Assembly: GCA_009859145.1 (NCBI GenBank)
Contig: VRVR01000022.1
Span: 186,001-250,000, forward strand
DNA from: Andalucia godoyi And28
Lineage: Eukaryota; Protista; Jakobida
Direction: 5' to 3'
Length of the DNA stretch: 64,000 nucleotides
Shown here: piece by piece, positions 23,201 through 31,480 of the stretch
How positions within the stretch are numbered: position 1 is the stretch's first letter
Layout of the letters: every line of letters begins with the position of its first letter
Made by a program: the position numbers and the translations under genes
Notes under the pieces: generated by a model
Told to the model about the DNA's origin: nothing
The model's database searches: none
The model's input: only the letters and a program-made list of their open reading frames with translations

Positions 23201-25128
23201 AGGACGCGAGGATTCTTGAACTCGATTCTTCCATCAAGCAGTACCTTTCCGAGCAGGCGAAAACCAAGACGCAAGTCGGAGAGATGATGCGAGAACTGGA
23301 AAGCTTTCAAGTCGTCTATTCATATGAAACAGCAGAAAGGAATGAGGTCTCAAAGTCGTTGATGGTTAGCGAATTATCTCTCAAGGCCTCTGATCGGCAA
23401 ATCAGTATTTTGGATGGGAAGGTGAAGTCTCTTCAGGACTCCGCGAATGCCCGCCAAGTCCAGATTCTTCAACTTCAAGAACACGTTGATGTCTGCGAAA
23501 CCGAGTTATCCGTGTCTCGTATTCGCATTTCAGAACTGGAGGATGTTGTCACGCAGTTGGAACAAGCGAAAGCGGAATTAAATGGTGCCTTGTTGACGTC
23601 TCGATCAGATTGCGCTGCACTTGAGATGTCGGTTTCGGAAGGTGAGCGCACGAACAGACGGCTGACGGACGATTTGACTGCTGTTCGTGCTGATCTGCAA
23701 AAGACTGCCGTCGAATCGGAAGATTTACGGTTGACTATCCAGCGTCTTGAAAAGGATTTGGAAGGATCAAGGAATACCGAAGCATCGACTACTGTAAGCC
23801 TGCAAACTGCTCGGAGTGCCGTTATTCATTTGGAATTGGAAACAAAGCAGCTGAAGTTGTCTCTTGCCGATGTGACTCATCAACTGCAAGATTCCATTAA
23901 GGAGTGTTCTTTACATGAAGAAACGATCAAGTCACATGAGTGCACTCTGTCGCAGCAAGGTTCCGAAATCACAGAACTGCGGCAGAATCTGGCGGACACG
24001 GTAAGCCGCGCGGAGTTTCTCCACAGCGAAGTGCAAGACCGCGAAAAGGAGATCGATAGCTACAGTGAACAGGTATCCACGTTGGGAAGCGAATTGAATA
24101 CCATGAAGACCTCCATCTCGAATCTCGTTGAGCAGCTGCAGTCTCTGGAGCACTCACTTGTGACGGAGCGTTGTGTTGTGGCACAGTTGGAGGCGTCGTG
24201 TGCCAACCTCGAAATCGAGAAGCACCGACTGGAAACCGAGTTGTCTGCAAGCAGTGGGCAGCTTGTGGATGCCCATTCATCAATCTCGAAGCTTACAGAT
24301 GGTCTCAGAAATCTCACCGATGACCATGCGTTGCTGACTGCCGAGCGCAACGATCTCGTGCAGTCGCTCGAAGTGTCGACGTCCACCTTGGCTTCGACTC
24401 GTGATCTTCTGGATGCCGCGTCTACTGCTCGAGATTCCACCTCCGCGCAACTGGCTGCTTGCCAACAGTTGTTGCGTGACGTGAACGCTAGACTCGCAGA
24501 CTTGGAGGGCCTCCGCAGTGACCTTGTGCTCACCAATGCGCAACTGTCCTCTGCTCTTGCTGCGGAGGAGCTCGCATCTGCAAGTCTGCGCAGCCAATTG
24601 ACTGATTGTCAATCACAGCTGAGTGAAGCATTGGTCAATTTGGATGGTGCTTCGACAATGGTATGCCATCTAGGCAGTGCGCTCGCCATTCGCAATGTTA
24701 TTGTTGAAGAATTGGAGGTAGTTCTTCGAGAATCGCGGGAGGAAGTCCATCGTTCAAGCATTATCATTGCAGAGCGAGACAGCACGGTTCATGGGTTGAC
24801 GCAGCAGCTTGCCACTCTCGAAGACTCGCTTCGCGATACGCAAGCGCGGTTGGAGACGACTTCTGCGCTGCTTCGGAGGACGGAGTCCTTACTGTGTGAA
24901 AAATCGGCTGCCTTGACCGACGAAATCCGACGTGGGAAGGACACACAATCTCTCTTAGACGCATGCAGATGCGATCGGGCTAATTTGGAGGAATCGTTGC
25001 AATTAACGGAAGCAGATTTGGCTGCCGTGCGAAACGATTTTGAGCGCGTGTCCAAGGTTGCTGATCGTTGTCAATCGTTTACTGTGGAATTTGTAGATCG
25101 TCTAGTTGATTCGTGGAGTTTTCAGTAG
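17248..25128 (+). CDS. Giant protein: N-terminal kelch-repeat propeller followed by >2000 aa of coiled coil (about 2626 aa), intronless
   Basis: Kelch signatures 'AHTLVFVGPSAYVYGG', 'HLAAPQHESSRMWIFGG' and 'IYMYDAEADAW', then L/E/S/Q-rich heptad sequence to the stop. First ATG in plausible context is at 17248. Confidence 0.85.
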   Translation: MATLRWLQSQSTSLIPRLEAHTLVFVGPSAYVYGGKITSEADPSSFKVNDVLYLFDADDLTGLELIDSAGEKPPGLFDHLAAPQHESSRMWIFGGKTASDEPSKDIYMYDAEADAWAMCQRPPFDVRKNAGLSATADKVLLFSLDDFILGVYDPVEDSWAMCMFSVSVALSPPEDLTPFTIRVSNRIYRILCSISQRSFSADEFVLPLQSHPVCLSQNYIICVGQSSAQHFIFDSESGLLQSTSPVIQIEKSDLVLGDSVCMGGLETVLFLLNRNGFYSLVMPDPLPGTKPSHISFSSVIEATRIPERLFLEMDPKQLLAKVRERLTFVETALDDAIATVNPRLKQDFDIVVAEKARVEIEMVDLFETIENLEMTVTEKEKEMSTLKESFDKAIEPFQSENTQLRAQVTELSMEVNFRRTDTLMKEEELENFQSYRQQLVSENEELKRQVDEILEDMAERDAEVASQAALIDNLKAEHRSVTLQNEELASKNMSLLRTENESLKMEIVALKLEKTEIASQNEELIRESQENSSLILELNEKIQLLEAENADLGARFAETLNEYESLLNAHQALHSQVSLLEAAAAAATAATSSSGTSGTLTQQPVTEGVAVASLSDILTENATLKEQVAEIVGQYDALVCQLRDIQGRIQDLEEENAYLNSSMERDANLTPFERCVSVGISTDDLESAPELVEVRAALDQVTSLARDLALENEKLCGSLQRYEVLEAENAYLKNEVVKLRSKPASQTEAATIRDVEQISRSIEGRDSLLSQLQADLVTLDRENAYLVDDLGLSKSELESYRFLLRKVEEDCQLMISDFESRADSFCAVVADKLGLLESRIERMDAQATNLVNANETCCNAAELTSTLETAIADSSAYCANPLPSASESQASTDGLHSNTASGGNSTGHASPALPSNPLLESLLQTVTQLHNEHLLQVVELRESKTAEDDATACIQDLGCRLAGTEDELRKVFEVVADERSNNTVKSAMISSLESNLNKLSASLAIVREIVEARDEELVQLKGTIKHLQDSRAAVLQTVSELHQQYLLTSVQLKEARDLNVETDRRLQELSASVLQARSLAQSQNDAVAVLADEKASLLNAALSLQVRSSDNGAGLSAGDSPSASSSSSEPLLIQQSNIEPQDKQDRGAASQTQTCEVLDHAAAIQSLEMRNIALSNRLTASLDEFAQLKAAGSSTGNVPTSTSVSTSVSPPSSRTSSNKTSAPSDVLSTGSLPSLVDNARIASELDALQQENAMLAVRLAERESLHVELDATNKALLRECSLSESLRLRVSTLENDLLQSKLRSESQLTVLQATLFERQSQVVDKDDEIKLLSQKCEALVLSLSKSSVSSDSNFSEILEDLHFKSRESSIRSSVLENENSGLRELLNERNAEISSLHSQLKDAASARLHLSEQLSSKSLMASTLESELSVAKMEVEFSKSESEKLAKYSKNLESIVRLLEQSGQEREARISSLTEDLLVAKSAAVPVGPATATIAELSQPRAAEFQDRIDRLESQLRMLSSSVIIESQKLSAAQEDSALLKAQLSQSIEKCSAMQRQSLLLLDNVTELQRMHDVNLIRLHQESAKVLELESINRRLAVQLEDVLKNSRVYRDVPVVASRSSPQVVSGAEGRAEAEEAPVIDCQRSSEDVDGDAPSTRHMPSEEKNEDNLLALQAQSLQVEIRALQGSVALLTAENRSLCEQRETNLNELRLLRSEAEDSKLHGHRISRELLSSQMECQQLRDEATHLVRDVNGLRAQLDLVSSKMSSQSSENMQLRSLLEDQLRDLGDSQASNSKLLGELSVATKSTEDLHQELHSVRSHLHFVQVKLTSAESSMFDLNAEVGVYRHENEVLHRSVSVLQSDIASLRQQHESQMIVLADAKRAAADLQSVVEVQVLKINELTSLAEHLQSSQQMLRLENEDREKAKEDLLESVSRLESECNSLRQSNDDQRSVISLKNSEISRCLSDIERLNAQIVVLTTTTSQKDARILELDSSIKQYLSEQAKTKTQVGEMMRELESFQVVYSYETAERNEVSKSLMVSELSLKASDRQISILDGKVKSLQDSANARQVQILQLQEHVDVCETELSVSRIRISELEDVVTQLEQAKAELNGALLTSRSDCAALEMSVSEGERTNRRLTDDLTAVRADLQKTAVESEDLRLTIQRLEKDLEGSRNTEASTTVSLQTARSAVIHLELETKQLKLSLADVTHQLQDSIKECSLHEETIKSHECTLSQQGSEITELRQNLADTVSRAEFLHSEVQDREKEIDSYSEQVSTLGSELNTMKTSISNLVEQLQSLEHSLVTERCVVAQLEASCANLEIEKHRLETELSASSGQLVDAHSSISKLTDGLRNLTDDHALLTAERNDLVQSLEVSTSTLASTRDLLDAASTARDSTSAQLAACQQLLRDVNARLADLEGLRSDLVLTNAQLSSALAAEELASASLRSQLTDCQSQLSEALVNLDGASTMVCHLGSALAIRNVIVEELEVVLRESREEVHRSSIIIAERDSTVHGLTQQLATLEDSLRDTQARLETTSALLRRTESLLCEKSAALTDEIRRGKDTQSLLDACRCDRANLEESLQLTEADLAAVRNDFERVSKVADRCQSFTVEFVDRLVDSWSFQ

Positions 25129-28100
25129 ATACAGAATAAATCTCTTCCTCAGTGGATTGCCGAGTTTCCTTTGCGTGGAAGATGGCGCAGAGATGCAGCA
25201 GAAACTCGGGGATGGTGATGGCAAATCGGTTGCACTCGTCATTTTCCTCGTTCTTCATCATTTCGCTCACCAGCTTCTCCGAAGTTGCCCCATGCTGGTT
25301 GCCTCCAAGCATGTTGCTCACAGAGCTGCTGGATACTGCAAGTGCACCGATTGCCGATGCATACTTGTTCTGCACCGACCGACTTACCTCCTCATGTGTC
25401 ACTGGATGCTGGCGAGCAATCTCAGCAACCTTGAAGCCGACTTCTTTGAGGAAAATCTCAGCGTCGACGTGCGTTGCCTCCAAGTGGGTCAACAGCGCAT
25501 CCAAGATCGTTAGCACTCTTCGTACCGAAACGACCTTCACATAGGCATTCTTGTTGTTTGGATTGTCGGCCACGGCTCGATTCACAGAAATCGCAGAGCC
25601 CGAAGGAGAAATCATAAACAGAAGGCCAGAAGGTGATTCTTCGACATAGCGCTTGGCGACCACAAACAACTCCCAGCACCGTGTAGACCACTCCTCAGAC
25701 AAAAACTTTGAGAAAATCTCAACGAACGGTTCCGTCTTCCGATGTTGTTCCACAGTCGCGACGAGGTGACCCACGTACTGATCAACCAGCAGATGGGTTC
25801 CGTACTGCTGCCGCATGAACTCAAACACAAAGTAAGGCATGGAAACGTGGTCTTCCGGCTTACCTTCTCGAACGGCAGCAGCATCCCACAGAACCTTTTC
25901 TTTGAGCAACACGTGAACAAGTCGCAGAATCCAGAGAATAGATTTTGATTTTGAAGTCTTGAATTTCTTGAAAACAGCCAGCAGTCGCTGATTTCGCTCA
26001 TACCTAGACTCGGGCTGCTGTCTTGCTGCGACAATACGCGGCGTAGAATGCTCGACAGTCAGACCAGGCGGCACTTCGCTCGACGCAACATGCAATCCGC
26101 GGGGAGTCTTGGTCGAGGACGCGGACGCCGGTTCTTTCCTGTTGTTTTTCTGATCTTCTCCTTCCGCCAACAGCTCACTGGAGTTCATCTTCCCACCTCT
26201 TGCGCGGTCAAAATTGTTGAAGTCCGCGTCCGCATCGCCTTGTTCTGGGATAATTCCAAGCGCAGATTCTGCAAGAAGCGTTCGAACCTTCTTGCCCTTG
26301 ACTTTCTTTGCGGTACTGGGGATTTCAAATGCGTCCGTCTGCACCGCCTTGTGGCTGATTTCAATCATGCCGAATGCAGACGATATTCTTGAGTGGAGGC
26401 GTCTTCTCGCCCCCGCTGGATCCGCCGCTGAGCGAGCTGGGTGAGTTGCGGAGCCAACAGGCAGCTCTTTAACATCCTGTTTGAACTCTTTCCCCAACTC
26501 CGCCTGCTTGTCCTTTAGATCATTCAACCGCTCGACAATTGAGGCCAGCTTGTCCTGTGCGGAGGAAGCACGCTTCCTCTTTGCGCCACTCTTGGTAGTG
26601 GAGCCACCCCATCCTTCAACACGATCCAGTAGGTAGTCAAGTTCCTTAATCATCAGTTCCACGCGAGCAACCCCCTTGTTCTTCTCAGCTGGCAGCGCCT
26701 CATCATCGAAAAAGTCCGGAAGTTCGCCTTCCTGTGCAACGAAGTCTCCTCCTTCGGCATTCCGCGGTTGCTCCGGTGCAACTTTGATTTCGCGGACTGC
26801 ACGCTGCAACACCTTACGAATACCAATGATTTGGTCCGACCAGTCCTTCTTCTCTTCGCCAAACTCCTTTTGCACGGTTTGGACGATGCTAACAATTTGT
26901 GAAACATTCGACTGAAGCTCTGCCCTCGCAGCAATAATGTCCTGGCGCACAGCCTCGTAGTCGCTTTGGAGCTGAGCAATTTGCTCCTGACTGGGAAATA
27001 CACTCATTGCTGCTCGCACTCGACTTTCGATTGCGGTATACCACTGCTCCAAAGTATCACCGACAAAGTCATCTGCAAACAGCGCACGGTGATCCTTGAG
27101 AACATAACGCTCCAGATCATCGTGACCGTGGACTTCATCTTGCCTCCAAATGCGAAGGGCCGGCCACTGCTGTGAATCCGCGGGCAGAACGCGCAGCAGC
27201 ATGTCGTCGACAGCATCTGTGACATACCGCATTCGACGAAGGCTCCGACATTCCGCAGCTCCATCTTTGGAGGGCAACGGATCGACCTGAACTCCGATGG
27301 GCTTTCCGATGCTGAAGGACGTCAGAATGCCGCGAGGAGACATCTGACACGCAGAATCGGTGAAAACGGGACGGTCCTCCATGAGCATTTGCACTTGCTG
27401 CTCGGTGCGCTTCAGTTTATCCTGCAGCGATGCAAGAAGTGCATCCTTCTGCATTACCTCCTTCTTAAGCTCTACTAAAATCTGCTTCTGAGCTATCGCG
27501 CGATTGTCCATTCGAACTTTCTCTCTCTCACTAGAGCGGACCGCTTCTGCGACCTGCTGAATTCGCCCTTTGCACAGTTTTGACACAGCTTGCAGCGCAC
27601 GAAGGCTTGTCTGCAAATGTGAATCATACGCGCCCTTCACTTTTTCCAACAAGACACCGCGTTCCGCACAATGAACCCAAACTTGTCGCACGAGTTCCGA
27701 GAAGCATAAATCCTCCACCGCCAGTTGACTTTCCAGTTGTCGACGAACTTGCTCCACTGCCACAGTCGTTGAACTCAGGACTGCATCAATCCAGTCAGAG
27801 TGTAAATCCTCTGCTTTCTTCAACAGTTCCGCATCGCCCATGGACGCAAGATCCTCCAAATTCAGCACATCTACCGACTCTCTTGTGCGGTCCTTTCCTT
27901 CCTCGGAATTCAGCACATCGTCCATCATCATTTTGTAAGCTCTTGCGAGCAGAAGCACATCCACGCGTGACGCTGGAGCGTTAGACGGGAAAATCGTTTT
28001 CTTCCACTTGAGAAGACGACCTGGCGACAGAGCGTCGAAATGCGGTTCCACGTTTGCTTCGCCATCATTCCACGAAGCCCGTAATGGGGACTCCTCAACC

Positions 28101-29515
28101 ATTGCATACTGAGCAGGAATGCGCGTCGTGGGCAGCGCGCGGCGATGGGCCTCCTTCAGCAATGCAGACACCGAGTCCAACCCATTCTCATCGTGCATCG
28201 CTTTCAAGTGCTGCAAAAGCTCCCGTACAGATTCAAAACCAGTCGCCACCCCGCCTCCCTTTCCCTCCACCCCTTTTACGCGAGCAGAGTGCATTCCGCC
28301 TGTCGGTTCATCAATCCATTCTGACGGGACTGGAGAGACGGACTTTGACACTGCATTTTGCGGTGGCAGCCGCAACTGCGAAGGGACGGGTGACGGGGAT
28401 TTGGCAGCGGAAGGGGAAGCACCGCATTCCCGCGGAGTCGGCTCAGCCGATAGCGTTCCGGTCTCATTGCCAAATACTCCTTGCTTCTGGGAAAAGCCTG
28501 TTTTCTTTTCAATTTGTCTGCGCCGGCGATCAGACGAATCAATATCTCTGCGATGCGACATGTCCCTCCAGGGTCTGGCGTCAAAGAGACCTTTGTCAAT
28601 TTTGCTTGCGATCATGGACATTGGAGTGTCTCCGTTCTTATGCGGAGTTCTTGCATCTGTGGATATCAACAATTCGGGAGGGACTGACGAGGAGCGCGGC
28701 GGTCCGCGACCAAGCATCTCTTGCGAGCCATCTTCGGTGTATCGAGGAGTGGACGGGTCTTTGGGAGTCAGAAATTGTTTCACTCGCTCCGCACTGGATG
28801 CTGAGTATCCATCGGGACCGCATGACCGACCAGTGCTCGCCGGCGAATCCCCAACGAGATCCTCGAACTCTTTATCTGCGTTTGTTGGTTCAGGAAACAC
28901 CTCGTCTCCGTCAAGCGGAAGCCCGTGGGGCCCGGCTTCACCGTGCTCTCCATCTGACGGATTCGGCAAGCGCACAGAATTGATATAGGCGAGCACGGAA
29001 TCTAAGGGAGGTTCTGCAGATGTTTCTTCTTGAGGATCGTCCCACGATGAAACCTCCGGGAAGAATCCAGGATCTGATCGTGCCGAATCAAGACCGGGAA
29101 GAGCAAAAGATACCCGAGAGGTCTTCCTTTCTAAGCTGGTCACGGACGACGCTGGGTCTTCCGAGTCTACGCTTTCCCGAGGTTGCATGCTGGATGGATC
29201 CGGCTCAACGAATGCTGGAGCGACAATGGACTCTGAATTCCCGCGAGGACGGCCAATTCTCGGCAATCGACTGGATTCGTCAATGTTGCTGTTGCGAATC
29301 TCCATTTGCGATACTGCTCTTTTCTTTCGTGTTGCTTGCGAATGCTTGTCGAAAGTCGCTGGCTCTACATAATACAACGCGTGCGAGCGATCGTTTGAAG
29401 GAACCCGCAATGGCTGCGGAGACTTTGACCGTCGCTTATTCCACGTTTCAAATACATTATTGATCGTGCGTTCAGCGTGAGACGTCGATTTCATGCTGTT
29501 TGGTGATGGAAACAT
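25079..29515 (-). CDS. Axonemal dynein light-chain-domain protein (AXDND1-like), 1478 aa
   Basis: Long intronless ORF. Central 'FSELVRQVWVHCAERGVLLEKV' matches the p28/Ax_dynein_light motif (ELIRQV...C.ERG.LL..V). Coiled coils, and a C-terminal block 'EKVLWDA...MPYFVFEFMRQQYG' of a type seen in flagellar proteins. Confidence 0.6.
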   Translation of the reverse strand: MFPSPNSMKSTSHAERTINNVFETWNKRRSKSPQPLRVPSNDRSHALYYVEPATFDKHSQATRKKRAVSQMEIRNSNIDESSRLPRIGRPRGNSESIVAPAFVEPDPSSMQPRESVDSEDPASSVTSLERKTSRVSFALPGLDSARSDPGFFPEVSSWDDPQEETSAEPPLDSVLAYINSVRLPNPSDGEHGEAGPHGLPLDGDEVFPEPTNADKEFEDLVGDSPASTGRSCGPDGYSASSAERVKQFLTPKDPSTPRYTEDGSQEMLGRGPPRSSSVPPELLISTDARTPHKNGDTPMSMIASKIDKGLFDARPWRDMSHRRDIDSSDRRRRQIEKKTGFSQKQGVFGNETGTLSAEPTPRECGASPSAAKSPSPVPSQLRLPPQNAVSKSVSPVPSEWIDEPTGGMHSARVKGVEGKGGGVATGFESVRELLQHLKAMHDENGLDSVSALLKEAHRRALPTTRIPAQYAMVEESPLRASWNDGEANVEPHFDALSPGRLLKWKKTIFPSNAPASRVDVLLLARAYKMMMDDVLNSEEGKDRTRESVDVLNLEDLASMGDAELLKKAEDLHSDWIDAVLSSTTVAVEQVRRQLESQLAVEDLCFSELVRQVWVHCAERGVLLEKVKGAYDSHLQTSLRALQAVSKLCKGRIQQVAEAVRSSEREKVRMDNRAIAQKQILVELKKEVMQKDALLASLQDKLKRTEQQVQMLMEDRPVFTDSACQMSPRGILTSFSIGKPIGVQVDPLPSKDGAAECRSLRRMRYVTDAVDDMLLRVLPADSQQWPALRIWRQDEVHGHDDLERYVLKDHRALFADDFVGDTLEQWYTAIESRVRAAMSVFPSQEQIAQLQSDYEAVRQDIIAARAELQSNVSQIVSIVQTVQKEFGEEKKDWSDQIIGIRKVLQRAVREIKVAPEQPRNAEGGDFVAQEGELPDFFDDEALPAEKNKGVARVELMIKELDYLLDRVEGWGGSTTKSGAKRKRASSAQDKLASIVERLNDLKDKQAELGKEFKQDVKELPVGSATHPARSAADPAGARRRLHSRISSAFGMIEISHKAVQTDAFEIPSTAKKVKGKKVRTLLAESALGIIPEQGDADADFNNFDRARGGKMNSSELLAEGEDQKNNRKEPASASSTKTPRGLHVASSEVPPGLTVEHSTPRIVAARQQPESRYERNQRLLAVFKKFKTSKSKSILWILRLVHVLLKEKVLWDAAAVREGKPEDHVSMPYFVFEFMRQQYGTHLLVDQYVGHLVATVEQHRKTEPFVEIFSKFLSEEWSTRCWELFVVAKRYVEESPSGLLFMISPSGSAISVNRAVADNPNNKNAYVKVVSVRRVLTILDALLTHLEATHVDAEIFLKEVGFKVAEIARQHPVTHEEVSRSVQNKYASAIGALAVSSSSVSNMLGGNQHGATSEKLVSEMMKNEENDECNRFAITIPEFLLHLCAIFHAKETRQSTEEEIYSVSTENSTNQLDDLQIPQ

Positions 29516-29529
29516 TCACGCCGCAAAAG

Positions 29530-29543
29530 CACACACACACACA

Positions 29544-29606
<63 letters not shown>

Positions 29607-29608
29607 AC
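29530..29608. repeat. Compound microsatellite (CA)n(CT)n(CA)n
   Basis: Directly visible, immediately upstream of the AXDND1-like start codon. Confidence 0.95.
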
Positions 29609-30032
29609 TTCCTGACTGACACACGCTGGCACACTGAAGAAAGGAATCAACGCGGGAGTAATTGCAACGCAGACTGAGTGACCTGGGTTAGAATGTACTG
29701 CGACGACGACAAACGCTCACCGTGCTGTGCAACAAGGGAAATAAAGTGAGGATGTTATGTACTAGACAAATATATGACACCGCGATATCGGTTATTGAAT
29801 AAATTACAAATTACAAATTTTTGCTCTCTGAAGACGAAAATGAACGCTTTCAGAACTCTGTTTTTGCAAAAACAAACGGATATGGCATCGTTGGGGGCAT
29901 TGTGGATTCGATGCCGGAACGGGCAGCTTCCATCAACGGCAACTGATGTCATAGCAGACATGAAAACAGTACGAGCACTCTAATAAACCACTGGAGAATG
30001 ACAGAAGCACCAATCGACCTGTCTCACTCCCT

Positions 30033-30097
30033 TCACACACACACACACACACACATATACATACATACATACATACATACATACATAGCTTCTCTCT
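30033..30097. repeat. Compound microsatellite (CA)n(TACA)n(CT)n
   Basis: Directly visible, 3' of SNAPC1. Confidence 0.9.
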
Positions 30098-30142
30098 ATC
30101 CAAGTGGATGATGCAACAGAGAACTGAACGAGGGGACTCTGA

Positions 30143-31168
30143 TTAGATGCTGCTGTCATCGATGTTTGCATAGGGAACTTCCATTCCGGCGTACTCATCA
30201 TCATCATCATCCTCATCATCACCACCACCACCGTCACCGATTTCATTGCCGTTTTCGTCTGCTTGCCCGTCTTCGGCTCCCCCCGCTTGAAAATCGTGGA
30301 AATGACGTTCGGTATGCTGGAACGTAGCTTCGGCATTCAGGCTAGCTGCAGAGGAATGATAGAGCATTGATGAGTGTGCCACTGTCCCCATTTCCGTACG
30401 GAGCTTCATGGTTGAGCACGATGCGCCAATGTCTTTCGATCGGTGTCTCTTTGCTGGATGAATAGAGTTCCGCAACCAGATCACGTGCTCCAAGTTCGCG
30501 GCATACACGTCCACGTTCGACGACGTGCGGACCACCATGTGCGACGTCAGAGAAGCTGGTTCAAAATACGGGCTTACGACAAATGCATTCAAAACTGCAG
30601 CATCCAGGAAAACTGTGTACAGAAAAGCCTTTTCTTCAGCAAAGTAGTTAAAAATCATGTCCAAGTGCGGATTGTGGTACGGCCCAGAAGCATCGCCTGC
30701 TGCCAGCCGCATTTCTTCGAGCACTGTCCAATGATAGTCATCCAGTCTAATTAAAGAGATGGGAGTGTTTCTCTTTTGTGTTGCGAACGTAATGTATAGC
30801 CCATACAAAATTCCAGTTCTTGAGAATGCACACGTGAAAACATCAAGACTGAACACAATGCAACGAAATACGGTGTCCAAGTACTCGTTGCTGTTCACGT
30901 CTTCTGGGCAGAACTGATGCACAAGGTACATTCCCGTGGACTTCCAAAGAGCCTTGAATGCTTGAAACTCTCTTGTTTGCAGCGGAACCCACTTAGCCGC
31001 TATGAATCCCGCGAAATCGAGAAAAAACGGGAACACGGGCTGTTTGAACTCGCGCGGTCGGTAAGGTTTTTCCACGCACACTGACGGTTTCCATGCTTTT
31101 AGTCGTTCCAGCAACGAAGCTCGTGTTTGCAAATCATTCAGCTGTCCACCCCCAGACACGCTCGACAT
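30143..31168 (-). CDS. SNAPC1: snRNA-activating protein complex subunit 1 (SNAP43)-like, about 341 aa, acidic tail
   Basis: 'REFQAFKALWKS' and 'RTGILYGLYITFATQ......IRL....W' match the SNAPC1 N-terminal pattern (F..F..LW; R.G.LY.LY..Y.TQ....IR.....W). Confidence 0.65.
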   Translation of the reverse strand: MSSVSGGGQLNDLQTRASLLERLKAWKPSVCVEKPYRPREFKQPVFPFFLDFAGFIAAKWVPLQTREFQAFKALWKSTGMYLVHQFCPEDVNSNEYLDTVFRCIVFSLDVFTCAFSRTGILYGLYITFATQKRNTPISLIRLDDYHWTVLEEMRLAAGDASGPYHNPHLDMIFNYFAEEKAFLYTVFLDAAVLNAFVVSPYFEPASLTSHMVVRTSSNVDVYAANLEHVIWLRNSIHPAKRHRSKDIGASCSTMKLRTEMGTVAHSSMLYHSSAASLNAEATFQHTERHFHDFQAGGAEDGQADENGNEIGDGGGGDDEDDDDDEYAGMEVPYANIDDSSI

Positions 31169-31480
31169 CCTAACTCGGCGTTTCTCTGTGTATATGGATA
31201 GACTGGGCCGCATGTACGCGTCTTTCTTGGATGTATGCTTTTATGAAACAGCTGACGATGTGGTGCACATTCCCTTGAGGTCGCTGACTGTCAACCCTGC
31301 TCTGTCTTTTGCTTCTGCGTCTCTCTGCGTGTCTTTCTTCTTCTTTAGTATTGTAATTATGAATATATTCTTTCTATGTATTCTTTTGTTTTTGTTTTGT
31401 TTTTGTTTTTCCTTTTTGTTCTGGTCTTTGTTTGGTTTTTGTGACAGACTGGCTCTGAACCTCGAGGCGTGTCGTGAGCA

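Noticed and set aside
18078-25055. Numerous 60-280-aa Ser-rich antisense ORFs within the giant kelch/coiled-coil gene (similarly within the AXDND1-like, LEA-like and CEP350-like genes)
   Set aside because: Expected shadows of E/L/Q/S-rich coding sequence; none has recognisable domains.
29880-29960. tRNA-like GGATTCGATGCC segment
   Set aside because: No acceptor stem, D-arm or anticodon arm could be built.
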